Source: Oscillospiraceae bacterium (lineage in GTDB: Bacteria > Bacillota > Clostridia > Oscillospirales > Ruminococcaceae). From it: a DNA stretch of 64,000 nucleotides. Every line of letters starts with the position of its first letter. The stretch's first letter is position 1. Where the stretch lies: the NCBI GenBank assembly GCA_031260665.1, contig JAISLD010000007.1, positions 30,654 through 94,653 of the forward strand, written 5' to 3'. Below the pieces are notes generated by a model, which did no database searches, was not told the DNA's origin, and was given only the letters and a program-made list of their open reading frames with translations. Shown here piece after piece: positions 38,095 through 47,300 of the stretch. Position numbers and translations under genes: made by a program.

Positions 38095-40248
38095 ATGGAA
38101 ATAAACTTCGGTTTGACAAAAAACAAGGGCATTTGGGATAAGATGGGCAGTTTTCTCCCCGAGGAGCGCTATCACCCCGAAAAAAGCGAGCCACAAGCAC
38201 AAACGCCCGACACCACACACGAAGAACCTGCCGTGGAAACAGCGGCGGACTTCTTTGCTGTGCCCGAAGCCGCGATAACAGACGAACCCGACGCGCCGAC
38301 CGCACCGACACGCTATCAGTTTTACGCTGATTTCCCCGACAACGGCGGCACGCTTGCCCCGGGCGGTGAGATTGCGGGTCACGAAGACGTGGTAGCTGTG
38401 TCTGAAGTAATAACAGGCAATAATCTGCTGAAAGACGCGTATATAACTTCACCCGAAACCCAGTGCCGCGCCTACTTCAGCGGCGGCAAACCCGTGGCTG
38501 AGGATTTCTCTGTCGGCATAAGTTTTGCTTTAGGCGACACGTTGTTTGACACGGTGCGCCTGACCCTTGACATAAACCTCAAAACGCTGACCGAAACAGG
38601 CGCGTTTGTCTGGGGGCTGCTTGTTGACAATGAACAGCGAAAGATAACCTCGCTGTTTGACGGCGGCGTCCTCACAGTCACAGCGGACACGCCCGTGTTC
38701 GGCAGAACCTGCCTTGTCGCCGCGTTGTCCGACCCCGCTCTCCTCAAGGACAGCGTGGGCTTCGCCTACAAGCCGCCCGTGTTTGATTTCGGTGCCGAAC
38801 GACTTCGCCCCGACCTCGTGTTCCGCGGCGGTGTGAGAGAGCGCGGCGCGTTCTATCCGTTCGGCAAGTCACTTGAAGATAACGCCGAGTTCTACCTCAA
38901 GTGTGACTCTGCGTTCTCGCTAAAATGGTCTGAAATACGTTTGGCGTTTCGCACCGAGATAGAACAACGCGACTTCTCGCTTCGCGCACTCCTCGGTGAA
39001 GAATACGCCGAGGCAATCGACGGGCTTGTCGCCCCAAGCAAACCCAAAAAGCTGAAGCCGAAACGCCGCCCCCCTCAAGTGAAAGTGGAGGACTTTGCCG
39101 CCGAATACTGGAACGGCGCGTTCTTCACGGAGTTTGAGCGCGTGAGATACGACAAAGATATCTTCGCCGAAGAAACCGACCGTCGCCGCGATATCTTGTT
39201 TGAAATACCGTCGGACTTCTCGGAATGTGAAGTGAACGGCGTGCGTGGCTTTTGGGTGCGGTTTCGTCGCACGAACAGCGACATAAAGCCGTTTATCCGC
39301 ACAGAACATTGCCCCAAAATCTCACAGCTTACACTCGGCAGGGCAAAAGTGACAAGCAAAGTCCCCGCGAGTTACATAGTCGGCGAAAACATAACGGAGC
39401 TTAAGCAAGGCGACACGATACTAAGCAAATTGGTTGACAGGGGCACGCTGACCCTCGTGTTTCAGCAGCGTCTGCCGTCTGATATCACCGCGTATTTCAC
39501 CGAGGGTTTGGGTATAACCGCGGTTGATTTCTCCGCTGTCGCCGAGTTTGACCACACAAGCGGGCTCGCAAACGCCGGTGCTGTCCGCGTGAAGAAAGAC
39601 GCGTTGGTTCGTGAAAACGGGCTTGCTTTCGTGACCGTGCCGCTGCTTCAAAACCTTGACAGATTGCCGAAAGCGACCTTCAACGCCGCAATCTGTGAAA
39701 CCGCCGAGGACATTCGCGGCTGCAGCATAACGCCGCTGTCTGTGCCTGTCAGCGCTGCAAATGAAACAGAAACATCAGTATCACTCGGCGTTGACCCCGA
39801 CAGCCTTTGCCGTATGCTTGCGGCGCAGTTCCCGAGTGTGAAAGTGACGGAAGCAAAGCAAGACAGCGAGGGAATGAACATCTTCGCCGATGTGCCGTAT
39901 TCGCGGCTTGATGAGTTGACAAACGGTATCGGCGGCTTTGTCGCGGACACGCTGACCGGTGCGGACTGCCAAGTGTTGCCGCAAACAGTATCAATTGAGA
40001 TTTCCCTCAAACCGGCTCAGCCGGTTCAGCCGGTTCACTCTGTACCATTGCCGCAAGTAGTTGTTGCTCCTGTTGAACCTGAAACTGTTGCTCCCGTTAA
40101 ATCGGAACCTGTTGCTCCCGTTGAGCCTGAACCTGTGATTCAAGAACCGATTAAACTAACTAAGTTAGTTAGACGAAACACCACGTCGCCCGTCATCGGT
40201 GCGGCTCGGCTTGGTACAGGCGCGACAATGGGAGGCGGTGCAGCTTGA
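38095..40248 (+). CDS. hypothetical protein with gp6/baseplate-J-like ('putative baseplate assembly protein', TIGR02243-type) sequence blocks and a Pro/Val/Glu-rich repeat tail
   Basis: Blocks FYPFGKSLEDNAEFYLKCDSAFS, AAEYWNGAFFTEF and EVNGVRGFWVRFRR. C-terminal PAQPVQPV...VAPVEPETVAPVKSEPVAPVEPEPV. It starts 3 nt after the preceding gene. Confidence 0.4.
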   Translation: MEINFGLTKNKGIWDKMGSFLPEERYHPEKSEPQAQTPDTTHEEPAVETAADFFAVPEAAITDEPDAPTAPTRYQFYADFPDNGGTLAPGGEIAGHEDVVAVSEVITGNNLLKDAYITSPETQCRAYFSGGKPVAEDFSVGISFALGDTLFDTVRLTLDINLKTLTETGAFVWGLLVDNEQRKITSLFDGGVLTVTADTPVFGRTCLVAALSDPALLKDSVGFAYKPPVFDFGAERLRPDLVFRGGVRERGAFYPFGKSLEDNAEFYLKCDSAFSLKWSEIRLAFRTEIEQRDFSLRALLGEEYAEAIDGLVAPSKPKKLKPKRRPPQVKVEDFAAEYWNGAFFTEFERVRYDKDIFAEETDRRRDILFEIPSDFSECEVNGVRGFWVRFRRTNSDIKPFIRTEHCPKISQLTLGRAKVTSKVPASYIVGENITELKQGDTILSKLVDRGTLTLVFQQRLPSDITAYFTEGLGITAVDFSAVAEFDHTSGLANAGAVRVKKDALVRENGLAFVTVPLLQNLDRLPKATFNAAICETAEDIRGCSITPLSVPVSAANETETSVSLGVDPDSLCRMLAAQFPSVKVTEAKQDSEGMNIFADVPYSRLDELTNGIGGFVADTLTGADCQVLPQTVSIEISLKPAQPVQPVHSVPLPQVVVAPVEPETVAPVKSEPVAPVEPEPVIQEPIKLTKLVRRNTTSPVIGAARLGTGATMGGGAA

Positions 40249-41261
40249 AGAATCCGCGACACTATGAGTTTGCGGAAGCACAGTTGTCGGCTCGCCGCAA
40301 AAAGAACGCCGCCTTGACCGAATCACGCCGCGAAGAAGTTCGCCGTTCTATTCCCGAAGCAAACAGACTTCTCGACAACATTGCCGACACAGGCACCAAG
40401 ATAGTGCGGCTTATCGGAAGCAAAGGCGACATTCGTGCCGAAGTGGCGAAGATAGAGAAAACCAACAACGAATTACGCAAACAGCTGAAAGACCTGCTTC
40501 GCTCTAACGGCAAGCCCACCGATTATCTCGAGCCGATTTACGACTGCGGCGTTTGCCGCGACAGCGGAGTGGCAAACGGACAGCGCTGCGGCTGCTTCAA
40601 TCTGTTGGTGCGGCAATGTGCCACGAACGAACTGAACGAGCGTTCTCCGCTGAAACTCGCAACGTTTGACACATTCAGCTCCGAGGAATTCAAGGGGGAC
40701 GACCGCCGTTATATTGAAGGGCTGAAGTCTGAGTGTGAACTCTTTGCCGATGAATTCAACCCCGACCCAAACCGACAAACCAACACGGGGCTTCTGTTCA
40801 CAGGGCCACCGGGCACGGGGAAAACCCACCTTGCTCTCGCTATTGCCAACCGCGTCGTTGAACGTGGTCGCGGGTACGGCGTCGTCTATGGTTCGGTGCC
40901 CGACCTGCTTATTCAAGCGGAACACGAGCATTTCCGTAAGTGGGACGACTCACAGGTTGACACGCTCCAGCTTCTTCGTGAGTGTTCGCTGCTGATTCTC
41001 GACGACCTCGGCGTTGAAACACGGACGCCGTTCTACAGTATGACGCTTTACGGCATAATGAACGCGCGTATATGCCGCGGCTTGTCAACAATTGTCAGCA
41101 CCAACCTGAAACTCGAAGAACTGCAAGTGAGATACGACCAGCGGCTGAACTCGCGGCTCGGTGCGTTAAAGCTGATAAGAACACGCGGCAGAGATATGCG
41201 GCTGAAGAAAACCACGGCAAAGCCACCCTACAACGACCACTTGAATGATGTGTGGAATTAA
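40245..41261 (+). CDS. DnaC/DnaI-type AAA+ ATPase (helicase-loader family) with an N-terminal coiled coil and a Zn-ribbon-like motif
   Basis: Walker A LLFTGPPGTGKTHLALAIAN, Walker B LLILDDLGVE, STNL sensor, and CGVCRDSGVANGQRCGC. The TTG start overlaps the upstream TGA (GCTTGAAG), and GGGAGG lies 9 nt upstream. Confidence 0.8.
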   Translation: MKNPRHYEFAEAQLSARRKKNAALTESRREEVRRSIPEANRLLDNIADTGTKIVRLIGSKGDIRAEVAKIEKTNNELRKQLKDLLRSNGKPTDYLEPIYDCGVCRDSGVANGQRCGCFNLLVRQCATNELNERSPLKLATFDTFSSEEFKGDDRRYIEGLKSECELFADEFNPDPNRQTNTGLLFTGPPGTGKTHLALAIANRVVERGRGYGVVYGSVPDLLIQAEHEHFRKWDDSQVDTLQLLRECSLLILDDLGVETRTPFYSMTLYGIMNARICRGLSTIVSTNLKLEELQVRYDQRLNSRLGALKLIRTRGRDMRLKKTTAKPPYNDHLNDVWN

Positions 41262-41268
41262 ACAAAAG

Positions 41269-41303
41269 CCTCTCCCAAACGGGAGAGGTTCTTGTTTTGT
41301 TTT
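41269..41303. terminator. bidirectional intrinsic terminator
   Basis: Stem CCTCTCCC/GGGAGAGG with loop AAAC, preceded by AACAAAAG and followed by TTCTTGTTTTGTTTT. Confidence 0.85.
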
Positions 41304-44300
41304 AGTTCTTAGAACACGCTTCAAGCAGCGCGAGATACCACCCTGCGCTACCTGTGTAGATGCTCCAGCCACCTCGTCCGTACATACTCGGGTTGGTATA
41401 GATGTCGGCCGCGAGATAATACGGTTCGGTCTTATAGTTTTCGTTTCTGCCAAAAGGCGCAATCGCTTTTGCCACGCGTTTCGCGTCTGTCATTCGGTCG
41501 GCTTTCACGAGGGCAAGCCCCAGCCAGACTGCCGCGTGGGTGTACTGACCGCCGTTTTCACGCACACCCGAGGGGTAACTCGCCACATACCCGGGTCGTT
41601 CGTCCGTGTTCTCTCGTGAAAACGGCGGCGAAAACAGGCGCACCACACCGCCGTTTTCGTCAAATAATTCGCGAAGCGCTGTATCAAGCGCAATGTTTAC
41701 GCGGTCTTTGTCGGGCATTGAACAAAGCGAAGCGAACACTTGCGGCAACAAGTCAAGCTTGCAAGAGCGGCTTGCCACACTGCCGAGTTTGCTGCCATCG
41801 TCATAAAACCCTCTGATATATCGGTCTTTCTCCCACGCTTCAGTGTCGAGGTTTTGCTTAAGCCGCACCGAACGGTTAATCAGCGTGTCGCGGTAATCTG
41901 TGTCGCCGCGATACGCCGAGATGAGAGCGAACCGCTCCGCCGCGAGTGCGTAGAACATTGAGCCCCAGACGCTTTCACCCTTGCCGCCTATCCCAACTTC
42001 ATTATAGCCGTCGCACCAATCGCCCCCTCCCATAAGAATCAGCCCGTGTTCCCCCGTCTTGAAGCCGTGTTCAAGCGCACGTTTCGCGTGTTCATAGATA
42101 TCCGCGGTTTCCTCGCTCTCGTTCACTTCAAAGTAACGCTCGTGTTCGTTTGGCCGGAGCGGCGGCGCGTCTAAAAAGCGCGTCTTTATGCCGAGGATAT
42201 CCGCGTCGCCTGTCGTCGCGACGTATTCGGCGAGAACATACGGCAGCCAAAGCAAGTCGTCACAGTATCGGGTGCGAACCCCACGTTTGCCGCCCATTAT
42301 GTCGTGCCACCAATGAAGCACGTCCCCCTCGCGAAACTGCGCCGCCGAATGTCGCACGATTTGCCGACGCGCCGCGTCTTTGTCAAAGCGGCAGACAGCG
42401 AGTGCGTCTTGCAGTTGGTCACGAAAGCCAAACGCCCCCGAGTTTTGATAAAACCCCGTTCGCGCATAAATCCTTGCGCCGAGTGCCTGCCACGGAAGCC
42501 AGTGCGTCGCCATTTCAGCAAAGCGAAAGTCCTTGAACTCGCAGTCTGTCTTGTATCGCGGCGCGTCCGCATAAGGCGTGTTCACCACGGCGCGGCAAAG
42601 CGAGAGCGGGTCGGTCATGTTCTTCGTGAATGAAAGAATAAACTTGATTTTGTCGGTGTGTTTAGGCGGCAACTTCAGCGGCACAGTCGCCGCCGCGATA
42701 AGTCCGCCGCGATTGTCCGCCGTGTTATCTCTCGTGAAGAACGCGTCGCGGCCAAACGTGAAGCCGCACTCGCGGTTCACGGCAAGGCACATCGCACCCG
42801 ACAACGCGCCGTTCCCGTATTGCCGAAGCAGAGCCGCGTGCTTGCTCACCACTTCAGGCGACACAAACCGTGAAGCGGTGCGTTCCACTCCAAGCACAGG
42901 CTCGGTGTAAAACGCAAGCGATGTGTTCACTTCTTTTGCTGATTTGTTTGTGACGGTGACTGTTATCTCTTTCGCCGCGCCTTTCTTATACACGTTCACC
43001 TCGGTCGTAAAAGCCAAGTCCTCATAAGCGGAGCGATATGCCGCCCTGTTTGGGCTGAACAGCGTTACCGCACCGTCAACAATGTCAACAAACGCGTGTT
43101 CCGCGCTTAGAAGCAACATCTCGCCTTTGTTGTCGGCGCAGAGGTCGTTTTGCCACGGTGTCAGCTTGTTTTCCCTTGAGTTGAACGCCCAGCTGAAGCC
43201 AAGCGACCTCTCGGACACCAAGCACCCGAACGACGAGTTGGCAAGCACATTGCACCACGGCGTGTCAGTCGGTTCTTCGATGATAAACAAGCCGTTTTCC
43301 TCAAACCTGTTGCCGTTTCCCGTCAAGCCGAGAGGTTCGCACGGGATAACGGGGAATCGCCGCCTTGTGTCGGTCTGTTCGCTTTGAAGTTCAAGCGACT
43401 TGATTTCGTACCGCGAAAACGCGTGGATTAGCGACAGGGTTTCTTTGTCGGTGTTTTCCTCGTCAATGACAAAGATTTCCGTGCCCGCTTCACCGCGTGT
43501 CGCCTGCGCTTCTCTCACCGCTTCGCTGTTTTTGCAAATTGCCGCCACATCAAACTGCACGCCACACGCTGAGAGCGACTTTTTCAGTTCAGCGGCATAC
43601 GCAAGCGTGTCGCCCCCGCCGCTGACCGTGATGAGCGGAACGTCCCCCGATATGCCGAACCGCCACAACCCCGACAACGACAATCTGTTGTCACGCACTG
43701 CGGTTTCATCACGAAGCGGCGTCCAAAGAAGATACGGCAGCACTGTTTCAGAGAGTCTGCCTCTCACGGTTTCGGGCGGAAGCGGCGACGTCACTTCTGG
43801 CCCGGGTGCGTAGTCCTCCATGTCGCGGATTTCCTCCGCTGTTTCTATCACGTCTGCTTCCGTGTCGCCAAAGCAAGCGAACATCACAGCTTCGACCTGT
43901 GAATGTGGGTTTATCTCAAGTTCATAACCAAGGAGAGCGCAAGGCGACACGGCCTCGCCTCCGTCGCCACCGTCAAGGCAGTGGAACGCCGAGAATATGC
44001 CGCCGTTTCGTTCTTCCACGCGTTCGCGGTCAAACGAAAACGTGTACGGTTGTTCTACATCAACAAAGCCAACAGCCGCGAATATCTCTTTGTCGCCCGT
44101 CCGTTCTTTCCGCGAGAATATGACGAGATTCTCGGCTTTCAGCCACTTTGCCTTGAGAAACATATCGGAGAAAGCAGGGTGGGCGGTGAAGTCGCGAGGG
44201 GAGGAAAGCATAGGCTCGAGATACGCGGCAAGCGTGAGGATTCGTTTTGTGCCGCCCGTGTTCTCCACAGCAAAGCGGCGGATTTCCGCAGGAATATTCG

Positions 44301-47300
44301 GCAAAGCAAAGACCTGCATACCTGCCCGTATTCCGCGAAAGTTGCGGTAATACTCGGCGCAGTTTGATAAAAACTGCACGGAATACTCGTTCTTCTTCGT
44401 GTTCGTGCTTTCGTCAGCGAAGAAGAGCGCGGCTCTGTCGTTCTCACACAAGGCAAAGAGGTTGCCGCGTGGGTGATACAAGTCGTCGGTTCGCTTCCAA
44501 ACGGAAACGCCGCCAAAGTAGCAGTCATAGACGCCCGTGTCGGTCATAATCAGCGATACCGCCCCGTTTGACACGACGCGCGCCCTCGGCGTGTATCGCG
44601 AGATATCGCCGACATAAGTCGCCGCTCCGTCATAAAGCGGGTCGTCGCCGCCGCCTTTCGGTGAGTCAAGCACAGTTTCACCGATGATTATTTCTTCTTC
44701 AAGGAACTCCGAAGCCGCCGCCATTCGCTCGTCCGACATAAACAGCCGCCTGATTCTCCCGTCAAGAAGCGCGTTTGTCGCACCGGCAATCGACATACCG
44801 ACGTGATGTGCCATGTGGCTTTTGACTAAAGCGTAACCGCCGCCTGTTCTTCGCTTGGTGAAGTCCGCCGCTTCGTAGAACCCGTATCTCTCGTGGAACA
44901 ATCCGAGTTTCTGCAGTTTCGCGAGATTGTTGAACGCGCCAATCGGGTCAAGCGAGAGCGTGAGGTAGGTTGAATACGGCGAGATGACGCGTTCACGGTT
45001 CATTCCCGCTTTCAGCGCCGCCGCGTCTGTGCCGTGCGCCTTGTACTGATAGTTCAGCATACGGTCAAAGGCATAGTATCCACTCTCTGACACGCCGTAC
45101 GGCAGCCCCGTTTCTTCGGCGCGTTTCTTCTGTACATAGAGAGAATAGCGTATCGCCTCATATCCCGCGCCGCCTTCTTTTGACGACAGGAATATCTCAG
45201 GCATAAAGTATTCAAAGCAGGTGCCTGTCCACGCGACAGGCGCGGCAAACCTGCCGCACTTGCCCATTGTCCGACCGAGTGCCTGCCAATGTTCTCTGCC
45301 TGCCGCGCCGAGTGCCACCGCCACATAAGACGTGAGCCTTGCTTCCGACATCAGCAGGTCATACTTGTGCCGTGAGAACGCCTGCTCATCGGTGTCATAG
45401 CCGATACTGAAGAGCTTTCGCTTCTTGTCGTAGAACGCGCCGATATCAGTTGACGATATCAGCTTTTCCACACGAAAAACCAAATCGTCGGGCGACTTGA
45501 CCGACAACAGCGACTGCTTCAGCACAATAAGGCAAGCGAGAAAGTTGCCGCTGTCAACACTTGAAACAAACGGCGAGATGACCTTCAGCGTTTTTGTGTC
45601 GTACCAGTTGAAGAGATTGCCGCGCCACTTCTCCAGTTTCTCGATTGTAGAAATTGTTTTCGCGGCACGTTCGGTCATTCCTCGCGGCGTGATATACCCA
45701 AGTGCCTGCGCCGACACGATTGCAAGCAGATACATTCCGATGTTGGTTGGTGAGGTGTTGAAGCAAACGCGGTATACAGGCGAGTACTGCACGTTGTCGG
45801 GGGGCAAGAACCGCGTTTCTGCGTTCACGTAGTCTTCGTAGAACTCAAACATCATCTCGGCTTGCTGTTCCAGCTCAAACCTTGCGCCGTCACTCAGCTT
45901 CGCGTGTTCGCTTTGACGCGTGCCGTCAGCCCACGCCATTATCGGAAGCACCGACGAAAAGAACAGACCAATCACTATCGCCGACATATCTCCGCGATAC
46001 GCCGACAACGCCAAGAACGCCACACCAAGTGCTTCCGCAGTCAGCAAATGTGAAAAGCCGCCGCGTTTCTTCTCAAAAGCCGACGACACCGTCCAGTCCA
46101 GCAAACCTCGCTTTGACAGAAGCATACGCCACATCGTGCCGACTGCCGCGTCCAGTGACACGAGAGCGGCTTTCGGCGCAAGCACAAGCTCTAACGCGCA
46201 TTGCCGCAGAAGCGTGGTCACTTGTGTGGCGACAGGCGAGTAGAACCGGCGTTTAAGCGCGTAACGCCCACCACGTGCCAATCCCGGCACAAATCCCGTG
46301 AAGAACGGCGTGATAAGAGCAAGAAACCCTGTGAGAACAAACAGCGGTTCAGCAAACCAGACACCGTAAAACAAACAAAGCATAACGATAAACGGCGTAG
46401 CCGCACGTCTCGCGTTGTCAAAAAGTTTCCACCTTGTCAGTCCGCTGAATCTCCCGTCAAACACATACGAAAAGTTTTGCAGGTCGCCGCGATACCAGCG
46501 GTGCTGTCGGGCAAAGTACGCCGCGCTGTTTGGAGGAAACCCGTCAGAGAACTCCACACCACCGGCAAAGAGAACGCCGCACGCTCCCCCCTCGAGTATA
46601 TCGTGTGACAACACGCGTTCCCTCGCAAAAGCGTTCTCGCCGCATTTGTCAAGGAACAAGTCCACGTTGATTAAGCCTTTCCCCGTGAACGTGCCCTCAC
46701 CGAAGCAGTCTTGATATAACTCCGACGAAAAGCAGTCGTAGCTTGACGCGCCGGCACTGCCGCCACACCCCGCCATAACCCGCGAGAACCCCGTACGGAG
46801 GTATGCCGACAACTGCACGGTTATCCGCGGTGAGATTATCCCAAAGCGGCGGTTAGCGGGGTGAAGCGCCACCGCAACCAAATCTTTCACGCCGCCGAGT
46901 GTCGGCACCGTATCAAAGTCAAGCGCACAGACAAACCGCACGCCATCAAGCGCCGTCAAGTCGCCCGCTATCAGTGAAAAACCGCGTTCTTTCGGTTTGC
47001 CGTCAGGCCGAAGCAGCCGCATAAGCGACAAAAGCGCGCCGCGTTTGCGCTCCTCGCCTTGCCACTTGCGCTGTGTCTTTGAAAAACTGCGTTTGCGAAT
47101 AAGCACAACAAAGCCGTCCTCTTTGTCGCACACCGCTTTCTCCGCAAACGACAGCAGTGTTTCGTCTGTTTCCGATGTTTCGTGCTTAGACGGCGGCAAA
47201 TCACACAGCAAACAAAAGCCGATGTTCTCGCCGCGATTCTTGATTTTTGCGGCGCGCAGCTTCGCCACACCCTCGGCTATGTCCTCCTCAGAGGATACAA

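Noticed and set aside
37174-41261. Prophage remnant or contractile injection system (eCIS/T6SS-like) locus.
   Set aside because: Only two baseplate-like ORFs are present. The window has no sheath, tube, spike/PAAR, gp25, tape measure, terminase, lysis or integrase genes within at least 20 kb on either side. There are no att-like flanking repeats. The operon has its own housekeeping-type promoter and terminator.
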